Below, in pieces: positions 33,537 through 42,744 of a DNA stretch of 64,000 nt. Numbering within the stretch: position 1 is the first letter of the stretch; each line of letters begins with the position of its first letter. A model generated the notes under the pieces. The model was not told the DNA's origin and made no database searches. It worked only from the letters and a program-made list of their open reading frames with translations. This DNA comes from Planctomycetota bacterium (lineage in GTDB: Bacteria > Planctomycetota > PLA2 > JAEUHO01), in NCBI GenBank assembly GCA_965223505.1, contig CBDCWP010000038.1, positions 192,001 to 256,000 on the forward strand, in the 5' to 3' direction. A program made the position numbers and the translations under genes.

Positions 33537-35441
33537 TCATGCCCGTTTGCGGGCTCGTGCGGTGCGCAGCGTCCAGATGAGCACGAGCGCGCCGGCTAGG
33601 ATCCATGGCCACGGTCCCCTGCGCGCGTACACCGTTGCGACCTCGTCGATGGACAGCTTGCCGACCGCGAACCCCTGCCGGAACGTCGTTTCGTCGCCTC
33701 CGGCGGGAACCCTGTCGCGTACCCGGCCGTCATCGACGGCGTGAAAATCGCCGTGCATCGTCCCCGTGGGCCCGAAGAAGCACGTCGGCCCCGTGTTCCC
33801 GGCCATGACAACCGTCATCCCCAGCTCCGCGGCCCGAAGCCGAGCCACGGCGCGGATCTGCGCTCGGAAGCCGGTCTCGCCGAACCAGCCGTAGTTGGCG
33901 GTGTTCAGCAGCACCTGGGCGCCCGCCGCGCGCCACTCGCGGCACGTCTCGGGAAACGCCAGGTCGAAGCAGACGACGGTCCCGGCGTGAACCTTGCGCA
34001 CGATCCCGCGGTTGCGGCTGCGCGAGAAGACGTCCTGGTCGAGGATCTGGAAGGGCTGCTGGTCGGCCTCGCCCGGCGTGGCGCCGGGGTCGAGCTCTGG
34101 AATGACCGAGACGACGTTGCGGAACCAACGCAGGAACGGCAACACGTCGCCGAGCGGCGTGTACTCCCCGCCCGGCACCAGGTTGATCTTGTCGTGCCGT
34201 CCGCGCTCCCACGGCGCGAACCAGTTCGGATTCTCCCATTGCACCCGCGGGTACTCGTCGAACGGGCTCTCCGCCTCCGGGATGTAGCTCGGCACGACGT
34301 GGAACAGACTGTCGTGGGAGCCGTAGCTCCAGGTGTCGACGTGCCGCTCGTCGCCGCGCCGGAAGTGGTGAATCGCGCCGATGAGCAGCGTGACGCGGTC
34401 CTTCGGCGGCACGGCGTACTTGATGCGGCGCATGACGCGAACCTGGTTCGACCACTGCTCGGGGAACCGCGCCGCCAGCTCGGGCGAGACGAACACCCAC
34501 GGCACCATCGTCTCGGGCCACATCAGGCAGAAGACGCGGCCTTCGCCGACGTGCTCGATGGCCGTGGACGTGAGGTCCAGGTGCCGGCGGAACATCTCGT
34601 CGCGCTCGCTCGCCTCGCCGTGCTTCAGGCTCTGGGGCACGTTCGCCTGCACCGAGACGAACTTGCCGACCTCGTAGGCTTTGCGCTGCCGCCGGCGGTC
34701 CTCGAGCTCGCTGTGGCGCAGCATCGCGAGCCCCGCTAGCGCGGCGAACACGGCGGTGGGCAACAGCGTCGCGAAGCCGACGCGGCGCCACAAGAGACGA
34801 CGTTCCGCGGGCGGAGCACGCAAGGCGGACGGGATGCCGGACGCGACGGCGGAGGAGCACCCGGCCAGGAACGACAGCCCGTACGCGCCCACGTACGCCG
34901 TCGCCGGCACGAGCAAGGGAGCGAAGTCGCCCGCGAACGAGAGCGACCGCGCCGGCCACGGCATGCCCCCCATCCAGACGGTGCGCAACATCTCTTCGAG
35001 CACGACGCACAGCCCGACCGTCAGGATGTACGGCCCACCGCGCTTCGCCACCCAGCGGATCGCGAACCCGAGCAGGACGTAGATGGGGCCGAGCACGAAC
35101 CCGGTGCCGAGCACGAACGTCGGATCGATCTCCATCACCCAGCGCGTCGCGACGGCGAAGTGCAGCACGCCGTACAGGAACGCCCAGCGTTTCCAGCGCA
35201 CCCCGCCGGCGTGCCAGAGCAGGCACAGGAAGGGCGCATCCGCCAGGAAGATCGCGGGCGGGAACGGACCCGGCGGCAGCGCCAGCAGGTCGAGCACGAG
35301 CCCGAGCGCGATCCAGCCGAGATAACCGAGCGCGCCCGCGTGCACGTACGGGAACCACGTGCGCCACGGCTCGGCGGGCGGACTCGGCGCAGGCGAGCTC
35401 GACTCGTCCGAGCTCGGATCGGGGGCAGGCACCTCGCTCAC
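33537..35441 (-). CDS. lnt: apolipoprotein N-acyltransferase
   Basis: Multi-TM N-part, GGMPW, VQANVPQ, WPET, HDKINLVPGGE, VVCFD, NYGWFG; E-K-C triad present; GTGA overlap with moeA. Confidence 0.92.
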   Translation of the reverse strand: MSEVPAPDPSSDESSSPAPSPPAEPWRTWFPYVHAGALGYLGWIALGLVLDLLALPPGPFPPAIFLADAPFLCLLWHAGGVRWKRWAFLYGVLHFAVATRWVMEIDPTFVLGTGFVLGPIYVLLGFAIRWVAKRGGPYILTVGLCVVLEEMLRTVWMGGMPWPARSLSFAGDFAPLLVPATAYVGAYGLSFLAGCSSAVASGIPSALRAPPAERRLLWRRVGFATLLPTAVFAALAGLAMLRHSELEDRRRQRKAYEVGKFVSVQANVPQSLKHGEASERDEMFRRHLDLTSTAIEHVGEGRVFCLMWPETMVPWVFVSPELAARFPEQWSNQVRVMRRIKYAVPPKDRVTLLIGAIHHFRRGDERHVDTWSYGSHDSLFHVVPSYIPEAESPFDEYPRVQWENPNWFAPWERGRHDKINLVPGGEYTPLGDVLPFLRWFRNVVSVIPELDPGATPGEADQQPFQILDQDVFSRSRNRGIVRKVHAGTVVCFDLAFPETCREWRAAGAQVLLNTANYGWFGETGFRAQIRAVARLRAAELGMTVVMAGNTGPTCFFGPTGTMHGDFHAVDDGRVRDRVPAGGDETTFRQGFAVGKLSIDEVATVYARRGPWPWILAGALVLIWTLRTARARKRA

Positions 35442-36646
35442 CGGCGCTCCGCCACCGGCAGCACGTCGAGGACGACCTCGCCCTCGGGCGCGGGGTCGTT
35501 CTCTGGGATCGCCACCAGCGCCTCTGCGGCCGCGAGCCCGAACGGGTCGCCCGATCCCTTCCACGGCAGCGCGTCCGCGCGCAGACCGCCGTCGTCGTCA
35601 CTTCGGAGCCGCACGGGCCGATAGCGACGGCGCGGTCCGGGCTTGCCCCACGGACCGTCGTACCGCGCCTTGAACGTCGGCCGCGGCGCGACGGGGCGAC
35701 CCGCGTAGGCCTCCAACGCGGCCGCTACGAGCACCTCGAAACCGACGAACGATGCGGCGGGGTTGCCCGGGAGCCCGAAGACGAGCGTCGCCCCGCGCGC
35801 GCCGAACCAAAGCGGGCCGCCCGGCTGCACCGCCCAGCGGTGGAAGTGCTGTTCCACGCCCTCGGCAGCGAACATGCCGGGCACGAGGTCCTTGTCGCCC
35901 TTGCTGACGCCGCCGGTGAGCAGCAACCCGTCGAATGCGAGGCCGCCGCGGATGGCCTCGCGCAACGCGTCTTCGTCGTCGCGCGCGAAGCCCAGGTCGA
36001 CGGGCCCGGCGCCGGCGCGACACAACTGTCCGCACAGCACCGCGTTGTTCGAGTTGCGAATCCGGCCCGGTCCGGGTGTCTCGTCGATCGAGACGAGCTC
36101 GGTCCCGGTGCCGAGAACGGCGACGCGCGGCTTGCGCGCGACGGGCACGGCGGCCACGCCCGCCGACGCCAACACGCCGAGGGCCGCGGCCGAGAGCACG
36201 CTGCCGCGCCGAAGCACCGCGTCACCTTCGCGTACGTGGCTTCCTCGCGCCGCGATGTGCGCCGCGTCGGACGGGACGCGCTCGATGCGCACGCGCTTGC
36301 CGTCTTCCGACGTCCACTCGAACGGCACGACGCGCTCGGCGCCGTCGGGCACGGGCGCGCCGGTCATGATGCGCGCCGCCGCGCCCTCGACGACCCGGGT
36401 GGACGGCCAGTCGCCCGCCAAGACCTCCTGCGCGACGTCGAGGTCGGCGCCAGCGCGGACGTCCGTGGCGCGCACCGCGTAGCCGTCCATCATCGCGCGG
36501 TGGAACGGCGGGACGTCGTGGTCCATCGCGACGTCCTCGGCCAGCACCCGCCCGATGGCGTCGGCGGTCGCCACTGTCTCGACGGCCGGGCGCACCGCGG
36601 CCGCGGCCTGCGCGACACGCTCGACGGCCTCCTCCACGGTGAGCAT
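35438..36646 (-). CDS. moeA: molybdopterin molybdotransferase
   Basis: GRVLAED, PPFHRAMMDGYA, IMTGAPVP, TGTEL, TGGVSKGDKD, FGLPGNP. Confidence 0.95.
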   Translation of the reverse strand: MLTVEEAVERVAQAAAAVRPAVETVATADAIGRVLAEDVAMDHDVPPFHRAMMDGYAVRATDVRAGADLDVAQEVLAGDWPSTRVVEGAAARIMTGAPVPDGAERVVPFEWTSEDGKRVRIERVPSDAAHIAARGSHVREGDAVLRRGSVLSAAALGVLASAGVAAVPVARKPRVAVLGTGTELVSIDETPGPGRIRNSNNAVLCGQLCRAGAGPVDLGFARDDEDALREAIRGGLAFDGLLLTGGVSKGDKDLVPGMFAAEGVEQHFHRWAVQPGGPLWFGARGATLVFGLPGNPAASFVGFEVLVAAALEAYAGRPVAPRPTFKARYDGPWGKPGPRRRYRPVRLRSDDDGGLRADALPWKGSGDPFGLAAAEALVAIPENDPAPEGEVVLDVLPVAERR

Positions 36647-36732
36647 CGCGGGATCGTAAACGGCACGCGCGCCGCCGGCGTCATGCCGCCGCGACGCGGG
36701 TACGATTCCCGCCCCGCCACGGATCTTTGACC

Positions 36733-37227
36733 ATGCCCCACGTCGTCCCCTCGCAGCGCTCCGGTGCCGGCCTGAAGGTCGCGCTCCTGGTCGCGAGCTG
36801 GTACCCGGAGGTGACGGACCGGCTGCGCGACGCCGCCCTCGAGACACTGACGAACGCGGGCGTCGAGGACGACGACATCCTCGAGGTGCACGTGCCCGGT
36901 TGCTACGAGCTGCCCCAGGCGGCGTCGTGGCTGGCGCGGGCGGGCGACGTGGACGCGATCGTCGCGCTGGGCTGCGTCATCCGCGGCGAGACGGCGCACT
37001 TCGACTACGTGGCCGGCGGCTGCTGCGACGGCTTGATGCGAGTTGCGCTGGAGACCGGCATTCCCGTCGGGCTCGGCGTGATCACCGCGGAGAACGAAGC
37101 GCAGGCGCGCGCGCGATCCGGCGACGCGAAGGGAAAGGGCGGCAACAAGGGCGTCGAGGCCGCCGAGGCCGCGCTCGCGATGGCGGGCACCTACAAGGCG
37201 CTCGAAGATCGCCGGAGGCGGCCGTGA
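36733..37227 (+). CDS. ribH: 6,7-dimethyl-8-ribityllumazine synthase
   Basis: VPGCYELP, ALGCVIRGETAHFDYV, GNKGVEAA. Confidence 0.96.
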   Translation: MPHVVPSQRSGAGLKVALLVASWYPEVTDRLRDAALETLTNAGVEDDDILEVHVPGCYELPQAASWLARAGDVDAIVALGCVIRGETAHFDYVAGGCCDGLMRVALETGIPVGLGVITAENEAQARARSGDAKGKGGNKGVEAAEAALAMAGTYKALEDRRRRP

Positions 37228-37643
37228 GAGTTCGCACGCGCGCGCGCGAGCTCGCGCTGCAGTTCCTCTTCCAGATGGACTTCCAGGACGAGGACTACCG
37301 TTCGGAGCTCGACGGCGTTCTGGCCGAGGCCCTCGACGGCAAGTCCGGCGCGAAGGAGGCGACCGCCTACGCCGTGCGTCTCGTCGACGGCGTCATCGCG
37401 CACCGGCGCGAGATCGACGACCTCGTTCACGAGGCGGCGCGCAACTGGGACATCGAACGCATGGCCGTCGTGGATCGCAATGCGTTGCGCATCGGCTGCT
37501 ACGAGCTGTTGTACGCGGACGACATCCCGATGAAGGTGGCCATCAACGAGGCCATCGAGCTCGCGAAGAAGTTCTCGACGGAAGCATCGGGCGCATTCGT
37601 CAACGGCATCCTCGACCGCATTCGCAAAGACAAGGGACTCTAG
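37224..37643 (+). CDS. nusB: transcription antitermination factor NusB
   Basis: RTRARELALQFLFQ, NWDIERMAVVDRNALR, VAINEAIELAKKF, FVNGILD. Confidence 0.96.
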   Translation: MRVRTRARELALQFLFQMDFQDEDYRSELDGVLAEALDGKSGAKEATAYAVRLVDGVIAHRREIDDLVHEAARNWDIERMAVVDRNALRIGCYELLYADDIPMKVAINEAIELAKKFSTEASGAFVNGILDRIRKDKGL

Positions 37644-37655
37644 GGAAGGCGCATC

Positions 37656-38567
37656 ATGGGACTGCTCGACAAGTTCAAGAAGGGACTGTCGAAGACGCGT
37701 TCGCGGCTCTTCGGCGGGCTCAAGTCGGTGCTGACGCTGGGCCGGACGATCGACGAGGCGCTGCTCGAAGAGCTCGAGGAGTCACTGCTTCTCTCCGACG
37801 TGGGCCCGCTGACGACCGACGCGCTGCTCGAGTCCGTACGCGAAGCCTGGAAGCGCGGCGACGTGAAGGACGCGGACGATCTCACGCCCTTCCTCGAGGA
37901 GCAGATCGGCGAACGCCTGCGCATGGGCGGCACGGAGCTGCGGCGCGCCGAGAGCGGGCCGACCGTCGTGCTCGTGTGCGGCGTCAACGGGTCGGGCAAG
38001 ACCACGTCCATCGGCAAGCTCACGAACTTCCTGCGCAAGCAAGGGCACTCGGTGGTGCTCGGCGCGGCGGACACGTTCCGCGCGGCGGCGGTCGAGCAGC
38101 TCACGATCTGGAGCGAGCGCAACGGCGTCGACATCGTGAAGCAGGCGACGGGCGCGGATCCGGCGGCGGTGGCGTTCGACGCGTGCCAAGCGGGCCGCGC
38201 GCGCGACGTCGACTTCGTGATCCTCGACACCGCGGGACGGCTGCACACGCAGGAGAACCTCATGCAGGAACTCGGCAAGATCCGCCGCGTGGCCGGCAAG
38301 GCGATTCCGGGCGCGCCGCACGAGGTGCTCCTGGTGCTCGATGCGACGACCGGCCAGAACGCGGTGCGGCAGGCCGAGCTGTTCCACGAGACCGCGGAGG
38401 TGACGGGGCTTTTCGTCAGTAAGCTGGACGGGACCGCGAAGGGCGGGGCGGTGCTGGCCGTGCGCGACACCATCGGGGTGCCCGTGAAGTTCGTCGGGTT
38501 GGGAGAAGGCATCGACGATGTCGAACCGTTCGATCCGGATGCCTTTGCCGCCGCGCTTTTCGATTAG
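37656..38567 (+). CDS. ftsY: signal recognition particle receptor FtsY
   Basis: GVNGSGKTT, DTFRAAA, DTAGR, DATTGQNA, KLDGTAKGG. Confidence 0.97.
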   Translation: MGLLDKFKKGLSKTRSRLFGGLKSVLTLGRTIDEALLEELEESLLLSDVGPLTTDALLESVREAWKRGDVKDADDLTPFLEEQIGERLRMGGTELRRAESGPTVVLVCGVNGSGKTTSIGKLTNFLRKQGHSVVLGAADTFRAAAVEQLTIWSERNGVDIVKQATGADPAAVAFDACQAGRARDVDFVILDTAGRLHTQENLMQELGKIRRVAGKAIPGAPHEVLLVLDATTGQNAVRQAELFHETAEVTGLFVSKLDGTAKGGAVLAVRDTIGVPVKFVGLGEGIDDVEPFDPDAFAAALFD

Positions 38568-38597
38568 GGACGCATCCGATCGGGTGGCGCGTCGAAG

Positions 38598-41285
38598 GTG
38601 GCGATGACGGCCCCCGCCACCACCCGCCGACCGCGCCTGGCATGGTGCGTCGCCGCCGGACTGGTGATCGTGTTCCTGGCGGGCGAACCGGCGCTCTTCG
38701 GTACGCCGACGTTCCGGACCGGCGCGGCGCTGCGCGCGGTGCTCTTCGCGCTGCTGCCGGGCGTCCTGCTGCTCGTCATCGGCGTACGTCGGCTGCCGGC
38801 GCGCTCCGCGTGGACCAGCCTCGTTTGGCTGTCGGCGCTCCCGCTGGTCGTCGGTGGTCTCGGCCTCCTCGGCGGCGGGAGCGCGTCCAGCGCCATCCAT
38901 TGGTGCAGTCTGGCGCTGCTCACGAGCTTCCTGGCGATCTGTTGGCTCGACGTCGGCGAGATCCGGATCGCATGGCACGCCCTCACCGTCGCGTCGGTCG
39001 TACCGCTCGTGTTCGCGATCACCGACGCCGTCGATGGCGAGCAAGTCGCTTCGTTGTACGGCCGACCGGGCATCGCAGGCGTGGCGCTCGGTGCGATGAT
39101 CGGTGTCGCGTGGGTCTTCTCGCCGATCCGGAGTCCTCGCTGGCGATGGGTTCCGGCGTTCGCGCTTGCGGTCGGGTGTGTGCTCACCGACAGCCGCACG
39201 GCGTTGATCGCGTCGGGGTTCGGCGTGCTCGTCGCGCTGGCGATCAGCGCGGGGACGCCGGAGAAGCGTCGCGCAATTCGGCTGATCGCCGTCGGCGTTG
39301 CTGTTCTCGCTACATGTGGAGCCGGACTCGCGCTCAGCGACGTCATTCCGTTTCCGGGGAGTCGGGAGACCGTCGAAGTTCGGATCGGCCTTCAGCGCGC
39401 GTCGACGAAGCTCATCGCCGAGCGACCGCTCCAAGGGCATGGCTCGGGCTCCTTCGCGAGCGAGGTCTTGCGTGTTCGCGATCCGAAGGAGGCGCAGCTC
39501 GAGCGCGGGCTCAAGACCGTGCGGCGAGCGACGCATGCGCACAACGACTATCTGCACGTGGGCGTGGAGGGCGGATTGTTCGCGACGCTCGCGCTGCTGC
39601 TGTTCGCCGGCGGTTCGTTCTTTGCCGCGCGAAAGGCGTTGCGGAACGAACACCCGCTGGCACGGCCGCTGGTCGCAGCGGCAAGCGGCGTGCTCACGAC
39701 GATCTCGATCGCGGCGCTGGCGGATGGCATGTTCCTGGATCCGGCGCTCGCGCTCCTCGCGGCGATCGCCGTCGCAACGATCTTGCGGCTCGCCTCCCCA
39801 CCGTCTGACGAGCGGCGCAGGGAACGGGCGTCGATGATCGCCTGTCTCTTGTGCGGCGTCGTGCTGTTGGGAACCGTCGTCGTGCCGTTCCGGGAAGCCA
39901 TGGCCGGCCGGGCGTTCGTGCGCTACCGCCAGGCCGTTCTCGGCGGCCTGACGAGCGCCAAGGCCGACGAAGCGGCGAAGCAGCATCTCGAGAACGGCGC
40001 GCTCGAGTGGTATCCCGACTACGCGGACGCGCATTACCAGCTCGGCGTCAACGACGTGAAGCACGGCCGCTTCGACGCGGCGAAGCGGCACTACCGCGAG
40101 GCCCTGCGCATCGATCCGGGCATGACCGAGGCCCGGCTGGACATCGCCCTCATCCACGAGATGCAGGGCAAGTTCCGTGACGCGAAGGACGCACTGCTCG
40201 AAGCGGTGCGGCGCGACCCGACGCGCTTCGACGTTCGCCTGCGCCTCGCGCGACTGGCGCTCGGGCCGGAGCCGGTCCCGGGCGACCCGTTCGACGAGGC
40301 GCAGGACTGGATCGAGGTGACGCGCCTCTACAACGAAGCCGAAGAGATCGCGCCCGAACGGTACGAGAACGACCTGGCCGACGCCGTCGTCGCACGCCGT
40401 CGTGCGCGCTCGCCGGACGATCTCGCCGTGGCGATCGAGCTGCTCGAGAAAGCGCTGTTGCGCGTGCCCGATCCGGCGCGCCGGACGCAGGAGACGGCGC
40501 CGGCCGACATCTTGCTGGAGGCGTTCCGTCTCGCGGAAGCGCAGAAGCTCGGCGATCTCGAGCTGCGCACACGACTTCAAATCGCGCTGGCCACGGACTC
40601 GCGGCTCGCCGGCCGCATCCTCGGCGAAGCAACGCGCTTCCTCGACGAAGGCGAAGCGCGCGAAGCGAAGATCCGCGAGAGCGTGACATCGGTGGTGCCC
40701 AAGCTCGACTTCTCGTCCGCGAACCGCGCGTTCGACGCGGCCGCGGTTCGTCTGGCCGCGGTGCTGCTCGAAGGCCTCGCCGACGGCTCGTCGCAGCTTC
40801 GACTCGCGCAGGCCGAGAACGACGAGAAGCGTCACCGCCGCTCCCTCGCACGCTACCGCGCGTTGCTGGCATTGATGGCGCCGCCCAACTCGTCGGATCG
40901 GCGAACGGACGATCCCTCGATGCCGTTCCGCGTGCGCTCGGAGCTGTTCATGCAGGCGGCCAAGGTCGCCGCGCGCGTGGACGGCGACCGCTCGCGCCTC
41001 TACTACACGCGCGGCTTCTCGATGCGCGGTTGGGAGCATCTCGCGGGGGGCGAGCCGCTCGCGGCGATCAAGGCGTTCAACGACGCGCTCGAGTACGACG
41101 CGGCGGACCTGGACTCGCGACACGGCCTCGCCAAGGCCCTCGCACGTTTGAAACAGTACGACGACGCGGCGAGGGAGCTGCTCGAGGTGCTGCGAGCCAA
41201 CCGCAACATGCGCGAAGCGGTCGCGCTCGACCCGGACTTCGCGCCGCTGATGGACCGCCCCGAGATCAAGCGGGCGATGCGGTAG
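38598..41285 (+). CDS. O-antigen ligase/Wzy_C-family membrane protein fused to a long TPR region
   Basis: About 12 TM segments, LTDSRTA, PLQGHGSGSF, HAHNDYLHVGVEGG; C-terminal TPR-like repeats. Confidence 0.85.
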   Translation: MAMTAPATTRRPRLAWCVAAGLVIVFLAGEPALFGTPTFRTGAALRAVLFALLPGVLLLVIGVRRLPARSAWTSLVWLSALPLVVGGLGLLGGGSASSAIHWCSLALLTSFLAICWLDVGEIRIAWHALTVASVVPLVFAITDAVDGEQVASLYGRPGIAGVALGAMIGVAWVFSPIRSPRWRWVPAFALAVGCVLTDSRTALIASGFGVLVALAISAGTPEKRRAIRLIAVGVAVLATCGAGLALSDVIPFPGSRETVEVRIGLQRASTKLIAERPLQGHGSGSFASEVLRVRDPKEAQLERGLKTVRRATHAHNDYLHVGVEGGLFATLALLLFAGGSFFAARKALRNEHPLARPLVAAASGVLTTISIAALADGMFLDPALALLAAIAVATILRLASPPSDERRRERASMIACLLCGVVLLGTVVVPFREAMAGRAFVRYRQAVLGGLTSAKADEAAKQHLENGALEWYPDYADAHYQLGVNDVKHGRFDAAKRHYREALRIDPGMTEARLDIALIHEMQGKFRDAKDALLEAVRRDPTRFDVRLRLARLALGPEPVPGDPFDEAQDWIEVTRLYNEAEEIAPERYENDLADAVVARRRARSPDDLAVAIELLEKALLRVPDPARRTQETAPADILLEAFRLAEAQKLGDLELRTRLQIALATDSRLAGRILGEATRFLDEGEAREAKIRESVTSVVPKLDFSSANRAFDAAAVRLAAVLLEGLADGSSQLRLAQAENDEKRHRRSLARYRALLALMAPPNSSDRRTDDPSMPFRVRSELFMQAAKVAARVDGDRSRLYYTRGFSMRGWEHLAGGEPLAAIKAFNDALEYDAADLDSRHGLAKALARLKQYDDAARELLEVLRANRNMREAVALDPDFAPLMDRPEIKRAMR

Positions 41286-41290
41286 CCGGC

Positions 41291-42232
41291 GTGACTGCGG
41301 CGCCCTTCTCGGTCGTGATCGTCAACTGGAACGGGCGCGACGACCTGCGCCGTTGCCTACGTTCGATCGGCGCGCAGTCCACCCCGCCGGCGGAGATCGT
41401 CGTCGTCGACAACGCGTCGCGCGACGACTCGCTCGACATGCTGCGCGTAGAGTTCCCCGACGTCGTCGTGCTGCCGGTCGACGTGAATCTCGGCTTCGCC
41501 GAGGGATGCAACCTCGGCATCGACGCGACGACCGCCGCGTGGGTGCTGACGCTCAACAACGACGCGGAGCTGTCGCCCGGCTTCACCGACGTCATGCGCG
41601 CGGCCGCCGAGGCCGCCGACGACGACGTGGGAATGCTCCAGCCGCGGGTGATGCTGCACTCCGGTCGCGTCAACTCGACGGGCGTTCGCGTGTACGCGAA
41701 CGGCGCCGCGCGCGATCGAGACTTCGGCCGCGAGCCCGGTCACGGCCGCGAGGCCGGCGAGGTGTTCGCCGCGACGGCGGGCGTCGGTCTGTACCGGCGC
41801 GCGATGCTCGACGCGCTGCGGGTGCGCGGGGTGGTGTTCGATCCTGCCTACTTCATGTACTTCGAGGATCTCGACCTCGGGTGGCGGGCGCAGCTGGCCG
41901 GGTGGCGGGCGTGGTACGTCCCCGACGCCGTGGCGTCGCACGCATTTCAGGCGAGCAGCAAGAAGCGCGGACGCCACTTCGTGACGGTGCAGTGCATGCG
42001 CAACCGCATGCGTACGTTGTTCAAGAACGCGTCCGCGGGGTTGCTCGTGCGCTCGGCGCCGAAGACCGCCCGCGACATGTTCCACGTCCTTCGCTGTGAC
42101 GGCGGCGGCGCGCTGGCGCGCTGGCTCGGCGCGGCGCTCGACGCGCTGCGGCAACGCGGCGCGGTCACGGCGTTGTCGAAGCGCGCGCGGCGCGAGGTCG
42201 AGTCTTCTTGGGTGCGAGGCCGGATGCGCTGA
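41291..42232 (+). CDS. glycosyltransferase family 2
   Basis: SVVIVNWNG, VVDNASRD, NLGFAEGCN, LNND, FMYFEDLDLGWR. Confidence 0.93.
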   Translation: MTAAPFSVVIVNWNGRDDLRRCLRSIGAQSTPPAEIVVVDNASRDDSLDMLRVEFPDVVVLPVDVNLGFAEGCNLGIDATTAAWVLTLNNDAELSPGFTDVMRAAAEAADDDVGMLQPRVMLHSGRVNSTGVRVYANGAARDRDFGREPGHGREAGEVFAATAGVGLYRRAMLDALRVRGVVFDPAYFMYFEDLDLGWRAQLAGWRAWYVPDAVASHAFQASSKKRGRHFVTVQCMRNRMRTLFKNASAGLLVRSAPKTARDMFHVLRCDGGGALARWLGAALDALRQRGAVTALSKRARREVESSWVRGRMR

Positions 42233-42671
42233 TCAGTCGATGTCGCCGAGCAGGATCTTGCCGCCGGCCTCGAGGCACGCGAAGACGGCCTTCTTCTCGC
42301 CGAACGTCATGTGCCATAGCAGCCAGGTACCTTCGGACTCCTTCTCGGTCGCGAACTCGTCGAACGACGGCTTGCCCTTCATCGCCAGGAACTGGATCTG
42401 CGAGAACATCTGATCGACGCGGCTCTTCTCGTCCTTGGCGTCGTAGTTGGAGCCGTCCTTCCACTTGCGCGCCGCGTCGCCGCCTCGGTACGCGATGTGG
42501 GGCGCGAGCCCTTTGCGGTCCTCGGCCGCGACGGTCGCCAACATGCCCTCGATCGCCGTGCGTGCGCGGGCGGCGACGCCGTCACCGCCCCCCCCCACCG
42601 CCTTCGTCACCGTCGCCGCACCCCACCAAGGCCGTCATCGCGACCACGACGCTCGTCATCACCCACCGCAT
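42233..42671 (-). pseudogene. lipoprotein interrupted by a G9 tract (in frame with G8)
   Basis: GGAG SD, MRWVMTSVVVAMTALVG-C lipobox; the run at 42588-42596 shifts the frame into TGA; the mature domain continues in ORF 42233-42610. Confidence 0.75.
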
Positions 42672-42744
42672 CTCGTGCTCCCTTCGTCCTCGACAGGGGC
42701 GCGATTGTAGGCAACGGGACGAAAACGGACAGGAGCGCCGTTCG

